A DNA stretch of 46,325 bases from Cytophagales bacterium (GTDB lineage Bacteria; Bacteroidota; Bacteroidia; Cytophagales; Spirosomataceae). Each line of letters starts with the position of its first letter. Within the stretch, counting starts at the first letter, position 1. Location: the NCBI GenBank assembly GCA_038247465.1, contig JBBRUV010000001.1, positions 1 through 46,325 on the forward strand. Reading direction: 5' to 3'. A program made the translations under genes and the position numbers. Of this stretch, positions 35,765 to 43,770 are shown piece after piece. The notes below the pieces were generated by a model. That model searched no databases. It was not told the DNA's origin and was given only the letters and a program-made list of their open reading frames with translations.

Positions 35765-36097
35765 TCAACGGCCACCTACTTCATTCTTGGCTATACCTGC
35801 CTTTTTAAGTATTGACAGGAACAGGCCTTTCCGCATGTCCCGATTGCCATGAATTGGAACGGGTAGGATTTCTTTTGTTTCCGATAACTCAATCTGATTG
35901 CTATCGTCAGGAATGGGAATGCCCTGGTCCTGCATAACTTGAATTACTCCCGCGAGTGTCTCTTTGATATTGACGATGGCTTCGTCAATGGTATCCGCGT
36001 ATGAAACACAATACTTAAGGCTTTGAATATCAGCCACATAGCCAATATCATCTGGGTCTTTGGTGATAATAACCCGGAATGTTTTTTGTTTTTCCAT
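35765..36097 (-). CDS. HicB-family antitoxin domain fused in frame to the C-terminal half of a HicA toxin
   Basis: The start is placed at the ATG at 36097. The HicB/UPF0150-like part is MEKQKTFRVIITKDPDDIGYVADIQSLKYCVSYADTIDEAIVNIKETLAGVIQVMQDQGIPIP. The part ILPVPIHGNRDMRKGLFLSILKKAGI matches the HicA C-terminal consensus. The HicA N-terminal half, including the GSH motif, is absent. Confidence 0.65.
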   Translation of the reverse strand: MEKQKTFRVIITKDPDDIGYVADIQSLKYCVSYADTIDEAIVNIKETLAGVIQVMQDQGIPIPDDSNQIELSETKEILPVPIHGNRDMRKGLFLSILKKAGIAKNEVGGR

Positions 36098-36129
36098 GAA
36101 ACAGAACGGTAGTGGCTCTGTAAAACTAC

Positions 36130-36166
36130 AAAAAAGCCCGGCACGTGGTTCGGGCCGGGCTTTTTT
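36130..36166 (-). terminator. Intrinsic terminator after clpP (bidirectional architecture)
   Basis: The minus strand reads AAAAAAGCCCGGC-ccgaaccacgt-GCCGGGCTTTTTT. Confidence 0.8.
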
Positions 36167-36182
36167 GGCAATCACACAGTAC

Positions 36183-36896
36183 TTACACCGCTTTTTCCCG
36201 GCGCAGCACCTCGTCAATCAGGCCGTAGGTTTTGGCTTCTTCGGCGCGCATCCAATTATCACGGTCCGAATCTTTTTCGATTTCTTCGAGGGTTTTGCCC
36301 GTGTGTAACGCCAGAATTTCGTACAGTTCTTCGCGCAGCCGGACAATCTCCCGCAGCGTGATTTCCATGTCAACCGATTGGCCCTGTGCCCCGCCACTTG
36401 GCTGGTGAATCATAATCCGGGCGTGTGGCAACGCCGACCGTTTGCCAGCCGCGCCACCCGCCAGCAACACCGCGCCCATCGAAGCCGATAAACTCGTGCA
36501 AACCGTTGCCACGTCGGGCCGGACGTATTGCATCGTATCATAAATTCCCAGACCGGCATATACTGACCCGCCGGGGCTGTTAAGATACATCAGGATGTCT
36601 TTTTTGGGGTCTGACGATTCCAGAAACAGCAACTGCGCCACAATGATGTTGGCGATGTTATCGTCAACAGCCATTCCCATAAAAATAATCCGGTCGGCCA
36701 TCAGCCGCGAAAAAACGTCCACTTCCCGAAAATTCATCGGGCGTTCTTCGATTACGGAGCGCGTCATGCTTTCGACCCGGTGGTTGGTAATCATCTGTTG
36801 ATTATCAACCGTGTGTTTGGCGTAAGCGTCTACCGTGAGGCCGTTCATGCCTAAGTGATGCACGGCGTATTTACGAAATTCCTGTCCGTTTGTCAT
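36183..36896 (-). CDS. clpP: ATP-dependent Clp protease proteolytic subunit
   Basis: The ORF carries [18 protein letters not shown], the active-site Ser in [11 protein letters not shown], His in IMIHQPSGG, and RDNWM. Confidence 0.95.
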   Translation of the reverse strand: MTNGQEFRKYAVHHLGMNGLTVDAYAKHTVDNQQMITNHRVESMTRSVIEERPMNFREVDVFSRLMADRIIFMGMAVDDNIANIIVAQLLFLESSDPKKDILMYLNSPGGSVYAGLGIYDTMQYVRPDVATVCTSLSASMGAVLLAGGAAGKRSALPHARIMIHQPSGGAQGQSVDMEITLREIVRLREELYEILALHTGKTLEEIEKDSDRDNWMRAEEAKTYGLIDEVLRREKAV

Positions 36897-37015
36897 GTTG
36901 GTTTGTTATGTTTCAGTTGGAATAATAATGGCAATAGTTATACCAGCCAACTTCGGCTACAAATATCCGGGCCGATTGGCCTGAAACCCTGTCAGTCTGA
37001 CTTGTTTTTTTATCG

Positions 37016-37426
37016 GTGAAAGAGACCCTACACGAACGCATTCGGCTCCTGCGGCTTCAGCGCGGCTATTCGCAGGAGAACATGGCCTACGAACTGGGCC
37101 TGTCAACAACGGCATACGGCGACATTGAGCGCGGTAAAACTGACCTCACACTGTCGCGGTTGAATCAGGTGGCAAACGTTCTGCGCGTAGCCGCTACTGA
37201 CTTGCTCACCGGCGATGGCATGACCCACGAAAGCCCGGCCCAGGAAGCAACTGCCGAAAACCACGAAGCCGAAACCCTGCGGCTCCGGCTCGATAAGCAA
37301 CAACTCGAAATCGAGAAACTCCGGCTTGAAGCCGACTACTGGAAACGACGGTACGAAACGCAGGTGGCCCAGGAAAACGCCCGATTGGTAGCCGGACAAC
37401 CCAAACGGGAACGTATTGGATTTTGA
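37016..37426 (+). CDS. XRE-family helix-turn-helix regulator with a coiled-coil C-terminus
   Basis: The start is a GTG. The HTH_3-like region is IRLLRLQRGYSQENMAYELGLSTTAYGDIERGKTDLTLSRLNQVANVL. The C-terminal part EAETLRLRLDKQQLEIEKLRLEADYWKRRYE has a heptad-like pattern. Confidence 0.75.
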   Translation: MKETLHERIRLLRLQRGYSQENMAYELGLSTTAYGDIERGKTDLTLSRLNQVANVLRVAATDLLTGDGMTHESPAQEATAENHEAETLRLRLDKQQLEIEKLRLEADYWKRRYETQVAQENARLVAGQPKRERIGF

Positions 37427-37501
37427 CAATGAGCAATAAGCAATGAGCAATGAGCAATAAATATTGCTTACTGCTCATTGTTAATTGCTCGCTGTTAATT
37501 G
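37427..37501. repeat. Heptamer-array hairpin (unit AATGAGC / AATAAGC) shared by the convergent XRE and tig genes
   Basis: CAATGAGCAATAAGCAATGAGCAATGAGCAATA-aa-TATTGCTTACTGCTCATTGTTAATTGCTCGCTGTTAATTG. About 27 of 33 positions pair. The right arm contains the last tig codons and its stop (37481-37483). Confidence 0.8.
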
Positions 37502-38842
37502 TTTGAACTCTTCCACCGAAACGGCCCGGTATGTGACCTCAATCTTTGACCGTGCAAACCCGACTACTTTGTCATCGAACAAACGGTTGTAAAGTTGGCG
37601 ATAATTGTCGCCCTTGCTTTTCTCGTCGAAGAGGTAGTTGCGCGAAATCTGGTCAATGGTTTTGTTCATCTCCTCGTTGCTGTCGTCGGTAAAACCAAAC
37701 TGATTGCGCACCATCTGCCGCGAGGCCTCAAACACGTCTTCACCTTCAACCTTGATGTCGTCGCCTGATTCAGCGATTTTGTTTTTGATGAGCTGCAATT
37801 TCACCGATTTGGTAAAATCATCATACTCTGCATCAATCTGCTCGCGGGTCACTTTGCCTTCGTTGCTGTCTAAGAGCCACTTTTTCAGGAATTCGTCGGG
37901 CAGCAGAATCGGAATATTGTCGAGCAAGGCTCGCTCAATGTCGAAGTTCAGTCTTGACTCTGACTCGCGGGCGTAGTTCTGACCGATGATTTCCAGCACT
38001 TTCTCGCGGAGTTGCTCTTCGGTTTCGATGGCTCCGGCACCAAGCACTTTGTCGAAAAACTCCTGATTGAGTTCGGCGGGGGCGTGGCGGGTGATGTCTT
38101 CAATAGCAAACGTGAACTCGCCGGTGAGGTCGGTTAGCTCATCCACACTTACGCCGGTAGCGTTGGCGCGGTCTTTTTCAGCAGGGAAGGCGGCTGCCAG
38201 ATCAAACGAAATGATTTCGTTTTTGGCCTTGCCGATAAACATAGCCCGGCTGTCGTCGGTCATTTTGTTGAGGGGCAGGGCTGTTTTCTGGTTGTAGGAT
38301 AAGCCTTCGGGCGCGTCAACCTGCACGAGTTCACCAAAAACGGTATCACCTTCTTCGATGCTTTCGGCGTGTTGGTGCGTGTGAAAGCGCTGCCGTAAAT
38401 CGGTGATGGTGCTATCCACGTCGGCCTCCGTCGCCTGAATGTAAAACTGCGTTACGGCAGGAATCAGGCTCAGATCAACGTCAAAATCAGAGGCTAACCC
38501 AATTTCGTAGCTGAAATCGAACTCCTGCTGATTGTCCCAGTCCACTTTGTCGGCTTCGGCCATGTTCGGCACGGGATCACCCACAATCTGGAGTTTGGTG
38601 GTGCGGATATAGTCGCTGACGGTTTTACTGAGGATGTTGTTGATTTCGTCAATCAGCAAGCCTTTGCCATACATTTTCTTGACCAATCCTGTGGGCGCAT
38701 GGCCGGGCCGAAACCCCTTCACGGCTACTTTACGGCCATATTCTTTGAGTTTTTTATCGTATTCGGCCTTATAATCGTCCGGGATGAGTTTGATTTTGAG
38801 CAGCGCGTTGGTGTCGCTGGCTTTTTCGAGCGCAATCTCCAC
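37481..38842 (-). CDS. tig: Trigger factor
   Basis: The start is placed at the GTG at 38842 ((M)EIALEKASDTNALLKIKLIPDDYKAEYDKKLKEYGRKVAVKGFRPGHAP), giving 453 aa. The listed 529-aa ORF reads through a repeat element and the tRNA gene. Confidence 0.88.
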   Translation of the reverse strand: MEIALEKASDTNALLKIKLIPDDYKAEYDKKLKEYGRKVAVKGFRPGHAPTGLVKKMYGKGLLIDEINNILSKTVSDYIRTTKLQIVGDPVPNMAEADKVDWDNQQEFDFSYEIGLASDFDVDLSLIPAVTQFYIQATEADVDSTITDLRQRFHTHQHAESIEEGDTVFGELVQVDAPEGLSYNQKTALPLNKMTDDSRAMFIGKAKNEIISFDLAAAFPAEKDRANATGVSVDELTDLTGEFTFAIEDITRHAPAELNQEFFDKVLGAGAIETEEQLREKVLEIIGQNYARESESRLNFDIERALLDNIPILLPDEFLKKWLLDSNEGKVTREQIDAEYDDFTKSVKLQLIKNKIAESGDDIKVEGEDVFEASRQMVRNQFGFTDDSNEEMNKTIDQISRNYLFDEKSKGDNYRQLYNRLFDDKVVGFARSKIEVTYRAVSVEEFKQLTASN

Positions 38843-38867
38843 AGTTTGACTTGGTTTAAAATGAAAA

Positions 38868-38941
38868 AATGAGCGAATGAGTGATTGAGTGGTGTGGAGC
38901 CGGCGGGCCGACCTGTTCACTCGTTCACTCAATCGCTCATT
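38868..38941. repeat. Octamer-array hairpin (AATGAGCG AATGAGTG ATTGAGTG - core - CACTCGTT CACTCAAT CGCTCATT) between tRNA-Leu and tig
   Basis: The arms are at 38868-38891 and 38918-38941. The core contains CCGGCGGGCCG, which is also present at 43727-43737. Confidence 0.85.
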
Positions 38942-38951
38942 CGGAACTTTG

Positions 38952-39033
38952 TACGGGCGGAGGGGCTCGAACCCCCATGCCTTGCGGCACCAGATCCTAA
39001 GTCTGGCACGTCTACCAATTTCGCCACGCCCGC
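38952..39033 (-). tRNA. tRNA-Leu (anticodon UAG), 82 nt, long variable arm, no encoded CCA
   Basis: Folded by hand from GCGGGCGTGGCGAAATTGGTAGACGTGCCAGACTTAGGATCTGGTGCCGCAAGGCATGGGGGTTCGAGCCCCTCCGCCCGTA. The anticodon stem is CCAGA/TCTGG with loop CTTAGGA. The T-loop is TTCGAGC, and the acceptor stem is 7 bp including a G1-U72 wobble. Confidence 0.9.
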
Positions 39034-39282
39034 AAGTTTCAGTGACCAAGTAGCAGTGAACAGTTGTCAATGACTATTCGGTTGCTGTTTTCACGGCGCA
39101 AAGGTACGAAGATCGAATTGGATTGTCAAACAGATGTGCTGGTAACTTAGGGTGTGATAGTAGATCATTCAGAAACTGTAACGATTTGCCGGTAGTATAA
39201 CCCCTCTGTCAGTTGATTTTTGTAGGTTTGATAGCCCAAAGTACGTTTACAATAGCCAGTAGTAACGGTTGGGGCCCCTTTA

Positions 39283-39495
39283 TTGTTGATAAACCATGAC
39301 AGAAACCCAACAACCCAAAAAAGCCTCGCCGAACGGCAGGAGAATATTCACCGCTTTATTACCCGTTGGAAAGCGGAGCGTAAAAAAGCAGATGAAGCAC
39401 ACGAAGTTTGGGTAAAAACCCCGGAATTTGCAGCAATGGTCAATAAGTTGAAAGAGAAAAATGCAGCCAATGCAATCATTACGCCCGGCCTATAA
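39283..39495 (+). CDS. Small hypothetical protein (helical, Lys/Glu-rich); start uncertain
   Basis: The 70-codon frame starts at a TTG. An ATG at 39296 lies in another frame and would join this frame by a 1-nt slip in the A6 run at about 39317-39322. No family was recognised. Confidence 0.3.
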   Translation: MLINHDRNPTTQKSLAERQENIHRFITRWKAERKKADEAHEVWVKTPEFAAMVNKLKEKNAANAIITPGL

Positions 39496-39727
39496 CTTCA
39501 CTGCTGTCGAAAACCAGGAAAATACCTTCAGTTTTCGCACTGAACTTGGTGTCACCTATACCGTCGTTTTTGTGCCAACGCCGTATTTGCTCGGCGACGA
39601 CTCGGTGTTTGCACCTCATTCGTTTGAGTTAGTTGTGCGGGTTAGTGAAAATCCTACTCAGAAACGGCCATCGTTCGACCCAAAAACGGCCTGGACGGTG
39701 GCCGCTATTTTTGAGGATTTTTATTGA
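39461..39727 (+). CDS. Small hypothetical protein resembling the N-terminal half of Bacteroidota DUF6169-type proteins (probably truncated)
   Basis: The 88-aa ORF overlaps the previous ORF by 35 nt. The pattern F.F.TE.GV.Y.V.F.P.PYL...F.FELV...D.K....AAIFEDFY recalls DUF6169. This is from memory and unverified. Confidence 0.35.
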   Translation: MQPMQSLRPAYNFTAVENQENTFSFRTELGVTYTVVFVPTPYLLGDDSVFAPHSFELVVRVSENPTQKRPSFDPKTAWTVAAIFEDFY

Positions 39728-39792
39728 CGCGTTTTTTCTGGTTACGCTGGCGGCCAATGACAAATAGTTGCTACCATAAAGAGTCTCCTTTC

Positions 39793-41355
39793 TCACTTCT
39801 CTAAATACCTTACTAAGCCTGAAATAGTATTAATCCCCAACGTTTTGGCCTGTTTTCGGCGCATCATCAGGCAGTATGAATTGCTGAATCCCAACGGTTT
39901 ACCCCAGTGTAAACCGTATTTTCTCTGAAACTCGCGGCTCACGAAACCAAACACCGGCCCGGCTTGCATCGGTAGGGTTTTCAGGCTGTCGGCGGGCGGT
40001 TGCAGAATCACCAGCAAGCCCGTTCCGGTATATTCGGGATAGCCATCAATGGCTCCCGTGCGGAGGGCATCGAAACAGATTTGGGTGCCGCCCATCCCCG
40101 TTTTTGTGATGACCCGCAACCGGGTGCGGCCTTCGATGAGTTGCCGGTAAATCTCGCTCAGAATGTATTGCTCCGTAAATACTTTCGAGCCAAGCACAAT
40201 GGTTTCAGTGCGTTCGCCGGGCAAGGGTGTTTTCAATAGCGTTGTTTCGGCCAAAAAATCATGGGCGATGCGTTCGGGTGATTGGCGCAAATAATCGGCG
40301 CGGTAATTCAGGTCGGTCATCACGGCATCAGTGAGTTTGCCGGCCAATAAATCCAGCGTTGGGCCAAGCTCCGGGTGGCGGTCAAGGGTGATTTGCCGGA
40401 ATACCGGGGCCGCGTCGTAAGGTGGAAACGTATGGCGGTCGTCGGTCAGCACCAGTAGGTCAAAGGCCCGAATTCGTCCGTCGGTCGAGTAACCGCTGAT
40501 GATGTCAACCTGCTCATTATGAATGGCTTCGTACATCAAACTCTGGTCAATGAGCCGGGGCCTCAGAGCCAGGCCGTAGGTTTGTTTCAGGCCCGGATAG
40601 CCATCGGCTCGGCCATAAAATTCGTGGGCAAATCCGGCGATAAGCTTATCGCGTTGCCCCGGCCACGCGGCCACGCCGAGCAACGTTGGCACAATCAGCA
40701 TTAGGGCCAACAGCCCGCGTTTAGCTCGTTTCGGCGATGTGCCGGGCTGCATCAGGCGTTGCAATCTGGCTAATCCCGTATCGAACCCAACGGCCAACAA
40801 CGCGGCAGGAATGGCTCCGGCCAGCATCATATTGGTATTGCTCAGGGCGATGCCGCCAAAAATAAATTCGCCTAAGCCACCCGCTGCCACATAAGCTGCC
40901 AGCGTTGCCACGCCCACGTTTATCACGGCCGCGGTGCGAATCCCGGCAAATAAAACGGGCAGGGCCAGCGGCAGTTCGACTTTGGTCAGAATTTGGCGGT
41001 CGGTCATGCCCACACCCCGTGCGGCCTCCCGAATGGCCGGGCTGACTTCGGTAATGCCGACAAACGTATTCCTGACAATCGGTAGCAAACCATACAGAAA
41101 CAAGGCTACCAATGCCGGCACAACCCCGATACCCAGCAACGGAATCAGGAAACCGAGCAGGGCGATACTTGGCACCGTTTGCAGCACCCCGGCCACGCCC
41201 AGCACTGCCCCCGACAACCGGGGCCGACGCGCAATGCCGATGCCCAGTGGCACACCCGCCAGCAACGCCAGCAGGAGCGAAACAAGCGTCAGGCCGATGT
41301 GGGTAAATGTTTGCTCGATGAGCTTGGGGTATTGGTCAGCGAGGAAGTTGAGCAT
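39793..41355 (-). CDS. Osmoprotectant (glycine betaine/choline-type) ABC transporter, fused permease and substrate-binding protein
   Basis: The 520-aa ORF has an N-terminal OpuBB/OpuCB-like permease region (TVPSIALLGFLIPLLGIG...LPIVRNTFVGI...AARGVGMTDRQIL). The C-terminal roughly 290 aa form a periplasmic binding domain (DIISGYSTDGRI...IDGYPEYTGTG). Confidence 0.85.
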   Translation of the reverse strand: MLNFLADQYPKLIEQTFTHIGLTLVSLLLALLAGVPLGIGIARRPRLSGAVLGVAGVLQTVPSIALLGFLIPLLGIGVVPALVALFLYGLLPIVRNTFVGITEVSPAIREAARGVGMTDRQILTKVELPLALPVLFAGIRTAAVINVGVATLAAYVAAGGLGEFIFGGIALSNTNMMLAGAIPAALLAVGFDTGLARLQRLMQPGTSPKRAKRGLLALMLIVPTLLGVAAWPGQRDKLIAGFAHEFYGRADGYPGLKQTYGLALRPRLIDQSLMYEAIHNEQVDIISGYSTDGRIRAFDLLVLTDDRHTFPPYDAAPVFRQITLDRHPELGPTLDLLAGKLTDAVMTDLNYRADYLRQSPERIAHDFLAETTLLKTPLPGERTETIVLGSKVFTEQYILSEIYRQLIEGRTRLRVITKTGMGGTQICFDALRTGAIDGYPEYTGTGLLVILQPPADSLKTLPMQAGPVFGFVSREFQRKYGLHWGKPLGFSNSYCLMMRRKQAKTLGINTISGLVRYLEK

Positions 41356-41419
41356 TGAGCATAGTTAGTTTTTGCGAAAAATAGCCTTTCGACAGCAGAC
41401 TCTTTCCTAAACTTTAGTT

Positions 41420-42364
41420 GTGAACCGCTTTATTTTCCCGTTTTTGCTGGCAGTTGCTACCAGTGTACCCGCGCTGCCGCAACAAATCTCGAAGGACGAA
41501 CTCGTTTTTCTGACCCCACAGTGGAAAAGCGAACGCTTTTCCGATGGCCGCCCGAAAGTGCCGGACGCTATTCTCAAACGCATGAAACTCGTGACCCACG
41601 AAGAAGCCTGGGCCGTGCTGAAAGGCGAGAATTTCCGCCACCAGTACGCCGAAGGCTGGCAGTGCATCAACCCCGATTCGGTGCTGGTAGGCCGCGCCCT
41701 GACTGCTACGTTTATGCCCGGTCGGCCTGATATTCACCGCGTTATAGACGACAAAGGCCACGCTAAAGACGGGCGAATAAAATCCCAAAACGCCTGGCCG
41801 ATTGACCTGCTCGTGAAGGGCGATGTGTATGTGGTCGATCAGTTTGGGGCGCACGAAGACGGGCCGACTATTGGCGATAACCTCGGCAATTCGATTTTTG
41901 CCAAAACCGGCAACGGTATCGTCTATGACGGAGCCATCCGCGACATTGCCGGGCTGAAAGAACTGGGACGGTTCACGTCTTTTTTCCGCAGCTATCACCC
42001 CTCGCACCACCTCAACAACCCCGACGGCGACCTCAATACCACGCTCGTTGCCATTAACCACCCCACGCGCATCGGCGGGGCAACGGTGATGCCGGGCGAT
42101 GTGGTGCTGGGCCGCGACGGGGGCGTTATTTTTATTCCGCCCCACTTAGCCGAAAAAGTGGTGACTGTCTCAGAGATTGTCCGGCTTCGCGATATGTTCG
42201 GCCACGAGCGGCTTCGGGAGCAGAAATACACGCCCGGCCAGATTGATAACCGCTGGCCGGATGACATCGAGAAAGACTTTTCGAGCTGGCTCAACGCCCA
42301 TATCAACGAACTGCCCGTCCCGAAAGAGCAAATTCAGGAATACCTTAAAAAGCGAACGTATTAA
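41420..42364 (+). CDS. RraA/HMG-aldolase-family protein with an N-terminal signal peptide
   Basis: The start is a GTG. The Sec-like signal is MNRFIFPFLLAVATSVPALPQQ. The RraA-fold core is KGDVYVVDQFG...GDNLGNSIFAKTGNGIVYDGAIRDIAGLKEL. Confidence 0.75.
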   Translation: MNRFIFPFLLAVATSVPALPQQISKDELVFLTPQWKSERFSDGRPKVPDAILKRMKLVTHEEAWAVLKGENFRHQYAEGWQCINPDSVLVGRALTATFMPGRPDIHRVIDDKGHAKDGRIKSQNAWPIDLLVKGDVYVVDQFGAHEDGPTIGDNLGNSIFAKTGNGIVYDGAIRDIAGLKELGRFTSFFRSYHPSHHLNNPDGDLNTTLVAINHPTRIGGATVMPGDVVLGRDGGVIFIPPHLAEKVVTVSEIVRLRDMFGHERLREQKYTPGQIDNRWPDDIEKDFSSWLNAHINELPVPKEQIQEYLKKRTY

Positions 42365-42369
42365 AACCT

Positions 42370-42438
42370 GTTTGAGGTTTGGCATTCGATGTTTGACGTT
42401 GCTACGGCATAAAAACATCAAACATCAAACGCCAAACC
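42370..42438. repeat. Heptamer-array hairpin (GTTTGAG GTTTGGC ATTCGAT GTTTGAC ... CATCAAA CATCAAA CGCCAAA) between the RraA-like and enolase-superfamily genes
   Basis: The arrays were read directly. The arms are at 42370-42397 and 42416-42438. Confidence 0.75.
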
Positions 42439-42446
42439 CTTCCCCT

Positions 42447-43718
42447 ATGCAACGTCGTTCCTTCCTTTCTAAATCGGCTCTGACCACTGCGATGGGCCTT
42501 GCTTCGCTCAATACATTTGGCGAAGGCTTAACCACAGCCGTTGAGCGCGCTCCGCTGTCGTCGGCCCCGTCTGACCTGAAAATCACCGACATCAAGTGCG
42601 GGTTTATTCGGGGCGGACACAGTTTATTCGTCAAGATTTATACCAACCAGAACGTCTGGGGTTGTGGCGAAGGCGTTGATGCCACGCCCGGCACGTATCA
42701 CCTCGTCAAAATCATGGCTGACCGCATCAAAGGCAAAAGTCCACTGAACGTGCATCGGCTGTTTGAAGACCTCCGCCGGTCTGGTTTTTTTGAGGGGGCG
42801 CAGGCAGGGATGTACGTGGCCGTGCTGTCGGCAGTCGAAGCGGCCCTGTGGGATTTAACCGGCAAAGCCCTTGGTATACCAGTCTATCAACTCCTCGGCG
42901 GTAAATTCCGCGACCGAATCCGGGTGTATTGCGACACCGGAGCCTACCGCGAAACCGACACCAGCCCCGAAGCCTTCGGCAAAAGTGCCAAACGAGCCGT
43001 TAGTATGGGCTATAACGCTGTTAAGTACGACATTGACGAGCGCAACGACCCCAACAAATACGATGCGTACAACTGGACAGCCAGCAACGGCGAGTTGGAG
43101 CGGATGTACAACCAGATTGCCGGAGTGCGGCAGGCAGTTGGCCCCAAAGTAGACATCTGCGTGGATATGCACGGGCGTTATGACACCACCACCGGCAAGC
43201 GAGTAGCAAAGATGATGGAGCCGCTGAACCTGCTTTTTCTGGAAGAGCCGTTCCCCGCCGAAAACCCCGAAGCCTACAAGATTGTCCGCGATTCGACCAG
43301 CACACCCATCTGTGCGGGCGAGAACCACTACCTCGCGCACGGTTTCAGAAAACTGCTCGAAATGGGTGCGGTTGACATCATCATGCCCGATCTGCAAAAG
43401 TGCGGAGGTCTCGGCGAAGCCCAGCGGATTGCCAACTTAGCCAACCTGTATTATGTGCCGTTTGCCCCGCATATGGTGGCTTCGTATCTCGGCGCGATGG
43501 CATCGAGCCACGTCTGCGCGTCGGTGCCGAACTTCCTGATTTTGGAGTGGCAGATTTATTTCCACGAAGAACCGATGTTCAAAGAAATCGTGACGTTCGA
43601 CGGGCCAATGACTAAAGACGGGTTTATTCCCCTGTCCGAAAAGCCGGGTATCGGCGTAGAAATCAACGAAGAGGGAATGCGAAAGTACGCACCAAAGGGT
43701 GTTCCGTTTTTTGAGTAG
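42447..43718 (+). CDS. Enolase-superfamily (mandelate racemase/muconate-lactonizing, sugar-acid dehydratase-like) protein with a twin-arginine signal
   Basis: The start is placed at the ATG at 42447 (MQRRSFLSKSALTTAMGLASL, RRxFL Tat motif). The metal-ligand regions are ICVDMHGRYD, LLFLEEP and ICAGEN. The listed 513-aa ORF start would overlap the upstream gene. Confidence 0.8.
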   Translation: MQRRSFLSKSALTTAMGLASLNTFGEGLTTAVERAPLSSAPSDLKITDIKCGFIRGGHSLFVKIYTNQNVWGCGEGVDATPGTYHLVKIMADRIKGKSPLNVHRLFEDLRRSGFFEGAQAGMYVAVLSAVEAALWDLTGKALGIPVYQLLGGKFRDRIRVYCDTGAYRETDTSPEAFGKSAKRAVSMGYNAVKYDIDERNDPNKYDAYNWTASNGELERMYNQIAGVRQAVGPKVDICVDMHGRYDTTTGKRVAKMMEPLNLLFLEEPFPAENPEAYKIVRDSTSTPICAGENHYLAHGFRKLLEMGAVDIIMPDLQKCGGLGEAQRIANLANLYYVPFAPHMVASYLGAMASSHVCASVPNFLILEWQIYFHEEPMFKEIVTFDGPMTKDGFIPLSEKPGIGVEINEEGMRKYAPKGVPFFE

Positions 43719-43770
43719 AGAGTGCACCGGCGGGCCGGCAGAATTTTACGTATCTACGGTGTGCCCCGAT

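Noticed and set aside
38952-39033. The G1-U72 wobble in tRNA-Leu as a sign of a pseudo-tRNA
   Set aside because: All four arms, the anticodon loop, the T-loop (TTCGAGC) and the long variable arm are otherwise canonical. A terminal wobble is tolerated in bacterial tRNAs.
37481-39070. The 529-aa ORF listed for trigger factor
   Set aside because: Its first ~76 codons read straight through tRNA-Leu (38952-39033; the peptide GRGEIGRRARLRIWCRKAWGFEPL is a translated tRNA) and through the octamer-array repeat. Homology to trigger factor begins at the GTG at 38842, which I used instead.
42177-42446. The upstream 90-codon extension of the enolase-superfamily ORF
   Set aside because: It would overlap the 3' end of the RraA-like gene and run through the heptamer-array element. 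A canonical Tat signal starts at the ATG at 42447.
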